Assembly (NCBI GenBank): GCA_963845755.1
Contig: CAWJTV010000033.1
Coordinates: forward strand, 256,001-320,000
Source of the DNA: an uncultured Planctomycetota bacterium
GTDB lineage: Bacteria; Planctomycetota; Planctomycetia; Isosphaerales; Isosphaeraceae
Reading direction: 5' to 3'
Length of the DNA stretch: 64,000 nucleotides
The position numbers and the translations under genes were made by a program. This document shows, piece after piece, positions 31,675-42,631 of the stretch. Numbering within the stretch: position 1 is the stretch's first letter; each line of letters starts with the position of its first letter. The notes under the pieces were generated by a model. That model saw nothing but the letters and a program-made list of their open reading frames with translations. It searched no databases and was not told the origin of the DNA.

Positions 31675-33401
31675 ATGCGAATCCTCGGCCTGAAGTTCGG
31701 TGCGATGGGGCTAGCCCTGAGCCTCACGGCCGTCGCGCTGACCGCCTGGGGCGAATGGGGGCGTCGCCGCGGGCCGACGACGATCCGGTCCCGGATCCGA
31801 AGGCTCCGGGTCCGATCGTCTTTCGCGAGGTCGCCGCATCGGCCGGGGTTTCCTTCCGGTTCGAGACTGGAACGCGGGGCAAGCACGACCTCCCCGAGAT
31901 CATGGGAGGCGGCGTGGCGATCTTCGATGCCGACGGCGATGGACGGCTGGATGTGTACCTGTGCAACGGGGGCCCGATCGACCCGGCGCCGGGTCGGCCG
32001 GATCCGACCGGCCGGCTCTATCGGAATGTGGGCACCTGGCAATTCGAGGATATCACCGATCGGGCTGAGGTGCCTGGCCCGAACTATGCGATGGGTGCAG
32101 CGGTGGGCGATTACGACAACGATGGACGCCTCGATCTCCTCGTGACCGGTTGGCGGGATCAACGACTCTATCACAACCTCGGAGGAGGACGGTTCGAAGA
32201 CGTGACACGCAAGGCCGGCCTGATCTCGAACCTCTGGAGCACCTCGGCGGCTTTCGCCGACCTCGATGGAGACGGCGATCCGGACCTCTTCGTGGCCGGT
32301 TACGTCGAGTTTGATCCGCAATCGTCGCCGTTTTGCGCGACGCCCGACGGCCGCCGCGACTACTGCGGCCCCGAGGACTTCCCGGCGCAATCCGATCGAC
32401 TCTATCGCAACAACGGCGATGGGACGTTCACCGACGTCTCGAAATCGGCCGGGCTCGACCTGCCGGAGGGCAGGGGACTGGGGGTCCTCGTGGCCGAGCT
32501 GACGGGCGATCATCGACCCGACCTTTACGTGGCGAATGACTCGTCCCCCTGCTGGCTCCTCGCCAACCAGGGCGATCTGCACTTCGAAGAGATCGGCGAG
32601 GAGTCCGGCGTCGCCCGGGACGGTCATGGCGAGGTCCTCTCGGGGATGGGTGTGGCGCTGGGGGACCTCGACGACGATGGGCTCTCCGACTTGGCCGTCG
32701 CCAACTTCCACGAACGGTCCACGATTGCCTTTCGCGCCCAGGGCCGGCCGCGCGGGGTCTATCGCGATGCGTCGAGCTGGCTGGGGCTGGCCGCCGCCAC
32801 CCGGCAGGTCCTTGGATTCGGCCTGGCGCTGGTGGACTTCGATGGCGACGGACACGTCGACCTCTTGCAAACCAACGGCCACGTGCTCGATCGCGCGCGC
32901 CTGGGCACACCGTTCGCGATGCGCCCGACGCTGCTCCGCAACACCGGTGCACCCCCGCTCCAGGATGTCGCAACCACCGCCGGTGCCTGGTTCGACCGGC
33001 CCTGCCTGGGACGCGGCCTGGCGGTCGGCGACCTGGACGGCGACGGCCGACCCGATGTCGTAGCCACCGCTCTGGACGCCCCCGTAGCGTTGCTTCAGAA
33101 TATCTCGAAGGGTGGACGATACCTCAAGCTCGAGCTGGTCGACCGTCACGGTCGGCCGGCCGTCGGGCGCGGGTGCGCGTCGACGGCAGGCGGGCGGATC
33201 CAGGTCGGTCAGCTCGTAGCGGGGGGTAGCTATCTCGCTGCGTCCGAGCCGAGCGTCGGCTTCGGGCTCGGCGAGGCCCGGAGCGTCGCACGGATCGAGG
33301 TTGACTGGCCCTGGGGATCTTCGGAAGCGTGGACCCGACCCGAATTGCCGGCCCAGGGTCATCTCCGACTCGTTCAAGGGACGGGGCGACCGATTCCCTG
33401 A
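31675..33401 (+). CDS. CRTAC1/ASPIC-UnbV family FG-GAP repeat protein; frameshift near 31750 joins the signal peptide
   Basis: MGGGVAIFDADGDGRLDVY, GDYDNDG, GRGLAVGDLDGDG, GGSYLAASEP..FGLG, IEVDWP. Confidence 0.92.
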
Positions 33402-33434
33402 TTGGTCGCTTCACTCCGGTAGGGATCAACGATC

Positions 33435-34292
33435 ATGTCGACTCAGACTGTGGCGGATCGCCACACCCTGCAATGTATGGAGATCTGGGGCGGGATCGAG
33501 CCGGTGACGCGGACGGTTTCGACACCCGGACTCGACGCCTGGATCTTCAGTCAGCCGTTCCAGGGGGACGAGCAGGGGGGCGATGTCTACTACGTGACGC
33601 TTTGCGGCGGCGGCCTGATCACGCGGATCGTGGTCGCCGACGTCTCGGGGCATGGCTCGGCGGTCGCCGAGTTCTCGCTGGCCCTCCGGGCGCTGCTTCG
33701 CAAGAACATCAACCAGAAAAGTCAGCGACGGCTGGTCGGTCAGCTCAACCGGCAATTCGCCGAGATGGCCGAGATGCGCCGGTTCGCGACGGCGCTGGTG
33801 GCAACCTACCTGACTTCCACGGATCGGATCTCGGTCTGCAACGCGGGGCATCCCCGCCCGTTGTTCTATCGGGCAGCCGATGGCGAGTGGTCGCTGCTTG
33901 CACCGAAGACCGAGGACGATGCCGGCGTCGCGAACTTGCCCTTGGGTCTCGACGAAATGACCCGTTACCGCCTGTTCGACCTGGAGCTGGGACGGGGAGA
34001 TCTCCTCCTGTTATACACGGATGCCCTCATCGAGGCCGCGGATGTCGAGGGGCGGCTGCTCGGCGAGGGGGGACTCCTGGAATTCGCCCGCCAGCTCGAC
34101 CTGTCTGACCCCAGCCCCGCCGCGATCGGCCCGGCGCTGCTGGAGGCGGTCGCTCGCTACCGGCAGCACCGCCCCGCCGAGGATGACGTGACCCTGATCG
34201 TCATCCACCACAACGCCACGGCGTCCCCAAGGTTGTCTCTGGGCCAGAAGGTCGATGTTTATGCGAAGGTCTTCGGCTTGAAGCGGGTTTGA
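33435..34292 (+). CDS. PP2C/SpoIIE (RsbU-like) serine phosphatase
   Basis: CMEIWGG, GGDVY, VADVSGHG, NAGHPRP, LYTDALIE, EDDVT. Confidence 0.92.
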   Translation: MSTQTVADRHTLQCMEIWGGIEPVTRTVSTPGLDAWIFSQPFQGDEQGGDVYYVTLCGGGLITRIVVADVSGHGSAVAEFSLALRALLRKNINQKSQRRLVGQLNRQFAEMAEMRRFATALVATYLTSTDRISVCNAGHPRPLFYRAADGEWSLLAPKTEDDAGVANLPLGLDEMTRYRLFDLELGRGDLLLLYTDALIEAADVEGRLLGEGGLLEFARQLDLSDPSPAAIGPALLEAVARYRQHRPAEDDVTLIVIHHNATASPRLSLGQKVDVYAKVFGLKRV

Positions 34293-34360
34293 GCCGACGT
34301 GGACACTCCGATTCTCGAAGGGGATGAGCCGGGAACGTGGCGCTGCCGCGTCGGGACCGT

Positions 34361-35912
34361 TCACTCGAGGGTCGGTCCGGGCCCCTTGCCCTTGGGTGCG
34401 GGACGAGCTTTGCCACGCGGCCGGCTCGCGATGACCTTAGCGGTGTGCTCGCGAGCCCCCTTCATCGACTCCAGTGGGAAGTTGGGGAAGTCCGGCCATG
34501 TGGTGAGACGGTCGCCGACGGCCTGGAACTCGGCGTGTCGCCTTGGGGTAGTGGGCGCCGAGCCAGCAGAGCATGGCGTACTTGCTCCGCGCGACGTTGT
34601 CATTGGGGTAATGCTCCAGATACTCGTCGTAGACCGACTTGATCTCCGACCAGACCTCGGGGGATCTCATGTAGGCCACCTGCTTGTCCCGCTCGAGCAT
34701 GCCCCGGTACCGCAGGTGGGCGTCGCCGACGAGCAGGGTGATCCTGGCGCGCCAGTTCTTCGTCGCGCGGCACGCCTTTCCGAAGGCGATCATCTCCTCG
34801 GCCGTATCTCCTCCGTACCACTTGGGGTCGAGCCAGTCGAGTTTCGTCAAGCACGCCGCCTCGTCGTTCCCGTTGGAGTTCATGGCGCGCTCGAACCAGG
34901 TCTCCATCGCCTCGCGGTCTCCGCCGCCAATCCCTTTCTCCACGTCCAACATGAGGGTCGCAACATGGGGTTCGTCCGGTTTCAGCCTCCAGGCTTCTTT
35001 CAAGGCTTCGCTCGCCGCCTGGAGCCGCCCTTCGAAGGAACGGAACTGCGGTTCGGTGACGGCAGGAGCGAAGGCGTTTGTCCGCGCCTCCCAACCCCAC
35101 ATCAACAGGAAATACCCCTTGACCGTGAGCCGCAGGGGCTCGATCCCGGAGACCTTGGCGAGGTAAGCGTCGACGCGGTCGAAGGCGGCCTTGTAATCGC
35201 CGGAAAGCTGGCGGTGCATCCCCACGACCTGGTTGATCGTCTCGTACCAGGCCGCCTCCCAGTCCTCGTTTCTGGGATCCTCGGCAACGCTCTTCGGTAG
35301 GAGATCGAGGATCGCATCGAGCTTCCAATCCACCCCGCGCCGCTCCTCCGCACTGAGGTTCGGCTTCCCGGTCTTGCGTTCGAGGTCCATTCTCAAAGCG
35401 ACGGCCCGACGGAGGGGGGAGTGCGAACTGCTGGACATCGCGTCAGCGGCGACCTGGAGCCGATGGCTATACTCTTCGTCCCCCGGAAAGGCCTTGTCTA
35501 CCGATGTGCGCGCATAAAGGTAGAGGATCAACGGGTCGTCGCAGCCGACATCGACGGCCTTCTTCGCCGGGACGTGAACGTCGTTTGGGTGGAGAACCGG
35601 GTCAACTTGAAAGGAGAACATTCGGGCGGCCATTTCGAGGGCCGCGCGGGCGTGCTCGTCCCACCGAGGGTCTTTCTTGCCGGCCTTGTCATACGAGCCC
35701 TGGAGCGTCTGGCGGTTCCACTCCAGCCGATCGCGCGATCGCTTTTCCATCCGGACCGTGTCCTGCGGGATCGGCTTATCGGCACCGATCGCCGCGGCGG
35801 CGAGCATATGTTTTAGGCTGCTCGCGGAATTCGCCGTCCGCAACCGAATCGCCACGCCGAACAGCGCGGCGGAGACCACGAATGCCAGGCTGATGAGGAG
35901 TCGATGTCGCAT
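34361..35912 (-). CDS. Exported helical-repeat protein, DUF4034-like; frameshift near 34540
   Basis: N-terminal hydrophobic segment, WGWEAR, AWRLKP, METWFERAM, LDPKWYGG, MIAFGKAC. Confidence 0.75.
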
Positions 35913-36282
35913 CGCGGACGGCTCCGAGGTGGGGGAGAGGGTGAGGGCAACCGTACCCAGTGATCGATTCCTCTGCACACTTTATCTTGATCACACCGTG
36001 TCCACAAGGCGTCGTAACACGGGGAGAACCGTGAGAAAGTCCGGTCGGAACATTGTCATGGACCCGGTAAAGCCGCCCCAAACCGACGGAGTGCCCTGGA
36101 GCGGACCATCCCGTCCGCGACGTCCCGCGCCATCACCACCGGCGGCCGGAGGATGTGCGCGAAGGTCTCCCTTCCCATCCCGGAATCGAGTAGTCTCGGA
36201 CGAGCGAGCGGCCTCGTTCCACAGGGATTCGTGCCCCGCCTGTACCGCTCGTATTGCCGCCACGCCGCTGGGAGCCGAACTC

Positions 36283-39108
36283 ATGATCCGTGCCCCCCTG
36301 GTTTGCTTCGGGTTTGTCCTGCTGGCGCTCTGTCGCTTCATCGACGCCGCCGAAACCACCATTCCCAGGCCCGAGCATCCCCGTCCCGACGCCATGCGGT
36401 CCAACTGGGCTAATCTCAACGGGCGCTGGGACTTCCGGTTCGACACCCAGGACCAGGGGCTCCGCGAGGACTGGGGACGTCCCGATGCACCCGGGTTCGA
36501 CCAGACGATCGTGGTCCCGTTCCCATGGGAGAGCGAATTGTCGGAGATCCATCAGCCCAAGGGAGCCCCGAAGGTCGGCTGGTATCGCCGTCGATTCACC
36601 GTGCCCAAAGAGTTTCCCCCCGACCAGCGGGTATGGCTCCGCTTCGAGGCCGTCAACTGGCAGGCCGATGTCTGGGTCAACGGCCAGAAAGCCGGCGAGC
36701 ACGAAGGTGGCTATACGCCCTTCGCGTTCGATATCACCGGCGCCATCCGTCGCACGGGCGAGAATACGCTGGTCGTCCGCGCATTCGATCCGACCGATCC
36801 CAGCCTTCCGACGGGCAAGCAGATCCACTGGTACACGCCTAGCTCGGGGATCTGGCAAACGGTCTGGCTGGAGGCAAGGCCCGCCAGCTACATTGCCGAC
36901 TTCCGCATGATCCCCGCGCTCGATCCGGCCCGGGTCACTTTCTCCGTCACGGCGACCGGCTTGTCCGTCGGGGGCGATTACCAGCTTCGAGCCGAGGCCC
37001 ATTATCTCAAGGGAGGTCCGGATTTCCACGCAACGAAGGCGGTCAAGATCGGGGATGCATCGACCTCGTTCGACTTCACGCTCGACGTCCCCGATCCCAA
37101 ACTCTGGACTCCCGAATCGCCTCATCTCTACGAGGTCGTCCTTCAGCTCCGCGACGACGCCGGCAAGGTGGTCGACTCGATCCAGACCTACTTCGGCCTG
37201 CGGACCATCGGCCGCGGCAAGTACGGCGACGAGACCTTCGAGCGCATCCTGTTGAATGGAAAACCCCTGTACCTTCGCACAGCGCTGGACCAGTCGTTCA
37301 ACCCCAAGGGGCTCTACACGGCGCCGGATGACGCGTTCCTCCAACGCGACATGGTGATCGTCAAGACCATGGGTCTGAACGGGCTACGAATTCACATCAA
37401 GCCCGACGAGCCCCGGCGACTGTTCTGGGCCGATCGTTACGGCGTCTTGATCCTGGAGGACATGCCCAATACCTGGCAGCAGAATGGCAGGGCGCGCACG
37501 GCCTGGGAGAAAACGATGCGCGAGGCGGTCGCCCGGGACCGCAATCACCCCGCGATCATCGCCTGGGTCGCGTTCAACGAAACCTGGGGCCTGGGCCGAC
37601 CCGAGGATTACAAGAAGGACAAAGATACCCAGCAGTGGGTCGCCCGGATGGTCGAGACCGTCCGTGGCCTGGACGGTCACGAGCGGCTCGTCGAGGACAA
37701 CTCCCCGTGCAACTACGACCATATCGTGAACACGGATCTCAATAGCTGGCACTTCTATATCGACGACCACCGCAAGGCGCGGGAACACATCCAGCACGTG
37801 GTCGACCAGACACGGCCCGGCAGCGGCTTCAACTACTGTCCGGGCCTCTCCCAGTCGAGCCTCCCCTTGATCAACTCGGAATACGGCGCGGTCTCGGCGG
37901 GAGGCGGCGACCGCGACATTTCCTGGGGCCTCCGCGACCTGACCACCCAGTTGCGCCGACATCGTACGATCCAGGGATTCGTTTACACCGAGCTGACCGA
38001 CATCGAGTGGGAGCATAACGGACTGGTCAATTACGACCGGACCCCGAAACTGTTCGGCTACGACACCTGGCTTCCCGACATGCGGCCGAGCGAACTGCTC
38101 GGGGCCGATTTCATCGGCTACGATGCCCCGCCGGCCATCGTCGGAAAACCCGGGGAGACGATCACGGTCCCCATTTTCGTCAGCCATTTCTCCGACCGGA
38201 CGTTTCAGCCCAAGTTGAGGTGGTGGGTCAGCGGCTACGACGACCGAGCCGATATCCGGACCGTCGTCGAACCCCGAAGCATCCCCATCACCTGGCGAGC
38301 CTACGACGTGGCGGAGCTCGAGCCGATCCGGGTCAAGCTCCCTTCGTATCCGTTCGTCGGCGCGCTGATCTTGACCCTCCGCGAGCCGAATAACCAGCGG
38401 TTCGCGAGCAATTTCGTGAACCTGGTGGTCAGGCCCGAGAAACCCCTACCGCGGATCCAGCGGCGCGGCCTCAAGGATGTGGTGGTCCGGTTCGCGCCCG
38501 GGGCGTTCGCACGGCAGAGATGGTCCGAGCCGGTCAAGTCGCCGTCCGGCAAGGTCTATGGATATGGAAAGGGTTATTTCGAGTACGAGGTCCAGATCCC
38601 GGCCGTGGTCGCCAAGGCCCACCCCGAGTCGATCTACTATCTCTTCGAGGCGTCAGCCAAGGCCAGGCGCGAGCGGGTGGACTGGCCTCAGCGAGTCAAT
38701 CGGCAGGACTATCCCCAGACGGACCCCGCGCGGCCGTGGAGTTCGACCCTGTCCGTGTCGTTCAATGGCCGAACGATCGAGCGGCTCGCGCTGCCCGACG
38801 ACCCGGCCGACGCGCGGGGCGTGCTCTCACACCTAGCCGGGGTCGAGCCGGGGAGCCATGGCGAACTGGTCGACGGACAGGTCACACTCAACGAGCAGGA
38901 TCGTGCCCGCCTGGCCGCCGGCCAACCGCTGATCATTCGCTTCGCCGTACCCAACGACGCACCGCAGGCCGGCGGGCTCTGCCTCTATGGAGCAGAGACC
39001 GGGGAGTTACCCCTCGACCTGACTCTGGATCTCCATACCCGCGACCCGTTGCCGGACGATTTGGGAGTCGGCCCCGACACCCCGATCGCCCTCCCACCTG
39101 GACCGTGA
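36283..39108 (+). CDS. Glycoside hydrolase family 2
   Basis: PRPEHPRP, NLNGRWDF, HEGGYTPF, SGIWQTVWLE, MGLNGLRIHIK, NHPAIIAWVAFNETWG, INSEYG; start placed at the signal peptide MIRAPL. Confidence 0.93.
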   Translation: MIRAPLVCFGFVLLALCRFIDAAETTIPRPEHPRPDAMRSNWANLNGRWDFRFDTQDQGLREDWGRPDAPGFDQTIVVPFPWESELSEIHQPKGAPKVGWYRRRFTVPKEFPPDQRVWLRFEAVNWQADVWVNGQKAGEHEGGYTPFAFDITGAIRRTGENTLVVRAFDPTDPSLPTGKQIHWYTPSSGIWQTVWLEARPASYIADFRMIPALDPARVTFSVTATGLSVGGDYQLRAEAHYLKGGPDFHATKAVKIGDASTSFDFTLDVPDPKLWTPESPHLYEVVLQLRDDAGKVVDSIQTYFGLRTIGRGKYGDETFERILLNGKPLYLRTALDQSFNPKGLYTAPDDAFLQRDMVIVKTMGLNGLRIHIKPDEPRRLFWADRYGVLILEDMPNTWQQNGRARTAWEKTMREAVARDRNHPAIIAWVAFNETWGLGRPEDYKKDKDTQQWVARMVETVRGLDGHERLVEDNSPCNYDHIVNTDLNSWHFYIDDHRKAREHIQHVVDQTRPGSGFNYCPGLSQSSLPLINSEYGAVSAGGGDRDISWGLRDLTTQLRRHRTIQGFVYTELTDIEWEHNGLVNYDRTPKLFGYDTWLPDMRPSELLGADFIGYDAPPAIVGKPGETITVPIFVSHFSDRTFQPKLRWWVSGYDDRADIRTVVEPRSIPITWRAYDVAELEPIRVKLPSYPFVGALILTLREPNNQRFASNFVNLVVRPEKPLPRIQRRGLKDVVVRFAPGAFARQRWSEPVKSPSGKVYGYGKGYFEYEVQIPAVVAKAHPESIYYLFEASAKARRERVDWPQRVNRQDYPQTDPARPWSSTLSVSFNGRTIERLALPDDPADARGVLSHLAGVEPGSHGELVDGQVTLNEQDRARLAAGQPLIIRFAVPNDAPQAGGLCLYGAETGELPLDLTLDLHTRDPLPDDLGVGPDTPIALPPGP

Positions 39109-39266
39109 GTATGACTCGGCTCCTGAGCCCCACGTGTCACCGCGCTGACCGCCGGACCCGAACTCGAGTGCCGGACGTCCACGTCTCAGCACGGGGCTGG
39201 TTCAGGACGCCGACTCGATGCGTCCAGGGGATTCGAGGAAACCAGCGTTGCGCCGGCCCTCGGCAC

Positions 39267-39548
39267 TCAACCCCGACGCGCCGAGTCGCGATCCAGGAAA
39301 CGGTCGCCTCGTCCGGTCAACAGCCAGTGGGGATCCGCGTTGGTCAACTCGATGAACCGGAGGATCGTCTGTGCTGGTATCGTGCATCCACTCTCGTAGT
39401 TATGCAACGTCCGGAACGGGATCTTCAGGGCTTCCGCCAGAAGCGGGCCGCCATTCCTCCCATAGAGATCGACGCGGATTTCCCGGATCCGCTCGGCCAA
39501 GCCCATTTTGAGAGTCTGCCAATCGGAACTGCGAAGAGGTTTTTCCAT
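39267..39548 (-). CDS. XRE-family HTH regulator
   Basis: [36 protein letters not shown]. Confidence 0.88.
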   Translation of the reverse strand: MEKPLRSSDWQTLKMGLAERIREIRVDLYGRNGGPLLAEALKIPFRTLHNYESGCTIPAQTILRFIELTNADPHWLLTGRGDRFLDRDSARRG

Positions 39549-40133
39549 GGAGAAATCGCCATCCTCGAACAAGGGAGTCTCCCGAACCGCCGGGCGGTCC
39601 GTCCCACAGGAATCCCGAGTTTAATCTTTCCACACCCGACATTCAAGACGATATGTGGCAGGGTAGCACGGGACGCTCCATTCGATGTTGAAATCGTCCA
39701 ACGAACCTCCAGTGGTGGTCTTAGAGTTGCGTCATCACCGGCTCTCTGTCCTTCCACTCCTAATTTGGCAACTTTCGGTGTGATTAGAGGGGCGATGCGG
39801 GAATCATGAGGTTTTCTAGCAGTACGAGGTCTTTCTAACCAATCCCCAAGACGAGGACACGGGGGGTACATGGGTCGAGACCGGGGAATGCCATCAGAAC
39901 GCTCTTACGAACCCGATGCCCCAGCGAGCGGTATCGCTGATGGACCTCGCCGCCACGACGGGTTAGTGCCAGGCATCCTGCGCGTCAAACCCCGCGACAA
40001 CCGTTCGAGGTCACGGATCTGGGCCCATCAGCGGCATACAATTCTTCTTACCGAAACCTCATCGCGACCAGAGAGGCCGCCCGGAAGTATCGGACGGGCG
40101 CAACCGACGGTCGGACAACCACAAATCGCATGG

Positions 40134-40919
40134 ATGTCGTTAATTGGAAACGAGTTCAATCCAATCACCGCAGCAAGGAAAGGGGAATTTCAAGAAAAAG
40201 AAAAAGCGACATGTCGCGGTCGGGAACGGATTGCGGTGAATGGTGTTGGAGTCGAAAGAAATCAGCCACGATGGCTAATTGGTGAATCGGCCGCTATCGA
40301 GGTTATTGACGTGTTGCCAACTCAAGAGCTGATCGAGCACCTGTCGGACCGGATCGAGCGAGCCTACATTTTGCGGCGGCCACAATGGTGTCGCGGTTGC
40401 TCGACACGTCGAGTCTGGTCGGCGGCGGCGCTTCGTCTTTGGCAAGCCCACGTTGATGACCCCCGATTGCCACTCGATTGCGAGTTGTATGTCGCCTCGC
40501 AACCGATTACCTCGGCGCTGAGCGACCCTTGGTCGGAGCTGGCACAGCCGGAAGCGGCCCTCCGCTATCGTGGCCGTGTGCTCTGGATCATTCGCCGGCT
40601 TCGCACCGAGCTGAAACGAGAGGTCCGGCTGGCCGAACGGAGGATCCAAGAGGACGAGGGGATTCGAGCCCCGGCCCTCTCTACCAACGGCAGGCTTTCT
40701 CCACTCGGTTGCTACATCGCGGCCCAGCGGGCCGGCCTGACCGAGTTGGCCGAACGGTTCGCCGCGGCCGCGGCCCAACAACATGGTTCCTGCCCGCTCT
40801 ATCAATCGGCCAGTAAGCCCCTACTCCCAGCCGAACTCTATCCCGTGAATGGGTCCATCGTCGCACGGAACACTGAGGATGGCGTATCGCTACCCAAGAA
40901 ACTCACGGTCTTGAACTGA
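40134..40919 (+). CDS. Hypothetical protein (start uncertain)
   Basis: The 3' two-thirds of ORF 39870..40919 is protein-like and helical; divergent from the XRE gene. Confidence 0.65.
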   Translation: MSLIGNEFNPITAARKGEFQEKEKATCRGRERIAVNGVGVERNQPRWLIGESAAIEVIDVLPTQELIEHLSDRIERAYILRRPQWCRGCSTRRVWSAAALRLWQAHVDDPRLPLDCELYVASQPITSALSDPWSELAQPEAALRYRGRVLWIIRRLRTELKREVRLAERRIQEDEGIRAPALSTNGRLSPLGCYIAAQRAGLTELAERFAAAAAQQHGSCPLYQSASKPLLPAELYPVNGSIVARNTEDGVSLPKKLTVLN

Positions 40920-41274
40920 ACGGATCCGGGACACGACCGGAATGCTCTCGGACTCTGGGAGCCCTGCGAATCCTCGCTTCTGTGAGGTCTCGACCTGTCG
41001 TTTTTGTGAACCGACCTTGAAGCTGCCTGCCATCCGAACCGAAAGACAATCCCGAGGCTGAAGACAAACCGGCCACCGGCGAGCATTCCCGGGAGGCGAT
41101 CGGTCTCGCACGCCTCGCGACCGTCCCACAAGGACCGGCCAGTCTCTCAGAACCCGTCCCTCGCACGTTGACAACCTCGGACTTTCTGGGTCCGCGCGTT
41201 GGTCGCCCCTCCGTTCCTAACAGGAATTATTGGATCATTGTGTTTTTTCGTCCCCTCAACGTAGGAGATCGTCC

Positions 41275-41466
41275 ATGCGTACACGGCGACTTTTTCAACC
41301 GACCCTCGACGAGATGTCCACTCGCATCGCGCCTTCCAGCGTGACAATCAGTCTGCCGGTCGTCGGTGCAGCCATGGAACAGCCATCCCTCCCGCCGGTG
41401 GTCGTCTCCCTCCAAAACGCCACGAACATGACAGACCCGAACGATCCCACCGATCCGCCGAAGTGA
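41275..41466 (+). CDS. 63-aa peptide with LEPR-XLL-like PVC export motif
   Basis: AGGAG RBS; MRTRRLFQPTLDEMSTRIAPS resembles the R..F.P.LE.LE.RIAPS motif; Pro/Asp tail DPNDPTDPPK. Confidence 0.6.
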   Translation: MRTRRLFQPTLDEMSTRIAPSSVTISLPVVGAAMEQPSLPPVVVSLQNATNMTDPNDPTDPPK

Positions 41467-42034
41467 GACGGAACCGCCTGAGCCTTCTCACCCATCACCG
41501 CGACCCGCCGCTGTTGACCAGGCGTCGGTTCGGCTCCACGATCCGCCGGTTCTCGACGGACCTTCGAGACGATGACACGCGCGTCGAGCGCGCAGAATCC
41601 TCGCGACCGAGAACTCCGACTCACCCGTCGGCAATCGAAACCACAAGCTACGCGACACCGTAATCACTCCCTGCTTCCGATCGCGGCGCTGCGATCCGGT
41701 CGTCTCGCAAAGGCCGATGTTGGTCGCCATAAGTCCGGATCAGCCAGAAAGTTTCATCGATTGAACTTGCCCGGAATCGGCGACCGGCGATGGTCCGTTC
41801 CGGAAAACACAGGTCCTATTCTTTTGTCCATTATATCGCGTTTTCCGTCGCGATCAGTAGGAAAAATAAGGCGTGGGACCCTTTTTTAAAGTCAACTATC
41901 TTCCCTCCACGAATGCGGTATGGTTACAATATCGCCCATGGTGAAATTGTCGGGCGGCGGACAAGCCTCTATGCTGAGACTTCGGCACGAGCCGTACGGC
42001 ACAGGTCTGTTCGACCCAGGGGAGGTATTTCGCC

Positions 42035-42631
42035 ATGACGATGACGTGTTACGAGGAGATCGATCCAGACCTCACGAAGGCATTGCAGGAAGCTCAAGGG
42101 GGAGATCCAGCCGCTTGGGAAGCGCTCTTTCGAGCCTGCTATCCCAAAGTTCGGCGCGTTGTCCGCAGGAAGTTGAATCGGTCGCTGCGTTCGCTTTATG
42201 ACTCGACCGATTTCGCCAGCGATGTCATGAAGAGCTTGGCGGCGAACATTCGCCATTTGCAATTTGCTTCGATGGATTCGCTCCTGGCGTTTCTGGCGCA
42301 TGTCGCCGAACAGAAGGTGATCGATGAGTATCGGCGCCGGCACACGCTAAAGCGAGACATCACGCGGGAGAGGCCGATCCTGGCCGGGGGTCCGGACACC
42401 GGACCGGTACAAGTTCCCTCCGACGACCCGACGGCCAGCCAACTGGCGCAGGCCAACGAGTTCCAGGAGCGTCTCCTCGCCCATCGCGACGAGACGGAGC
42501 GCACGATTATCGATTTGAAGCGTCAAGGCTACTCGAATGCGGACATTGCCGAACGGACCGGCTGGAATATCCGCAAAGTCCAGCGATTCTTGAAAGACCT
42601 CCTGGATTTCGTGAACGACTCGGGAGGATGA
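42035..42631 (+). CDS. ECF-type sigma factor
   Basis: GDPAAWEALF, LRSLYDSTDF, KVIDEYRR, PTASQ, GYSNADIAERTGWNIRKVQR; GGAGG RBS. Confidence 0.9.
   Translation: MTMTCYEEIDPDLTKALQEAQGGDPAAWEALFRACYPKVRRVVRRKLNRSLRSLYDSTDFASDVMKSLAANIRHLQFASMDSLLAFLAHVAEQKVIDEYRRRHTLKRDITRERPILAGGPDTGPVQVPSDDPTASQLAQANEFQERLLAHRDETERTIIDLKRQGYSNADIAERTGWNIRKVQRFLKDLLDFVNDSGG

Noticed and set aside
31611..33377. 588-aa minus-strand ORF, and similar ORFs opposite GH2, hisS, the kinases and the PVC gene
   Set aside because: Antisense shadows typical of high-GC coding DNA.
35677..36282. N-terminal 200-aa extension of the GH2 ORF
   Set aside because: Overlaps the divergent gene and is low-complexity; the signal peptide starts at 36283.
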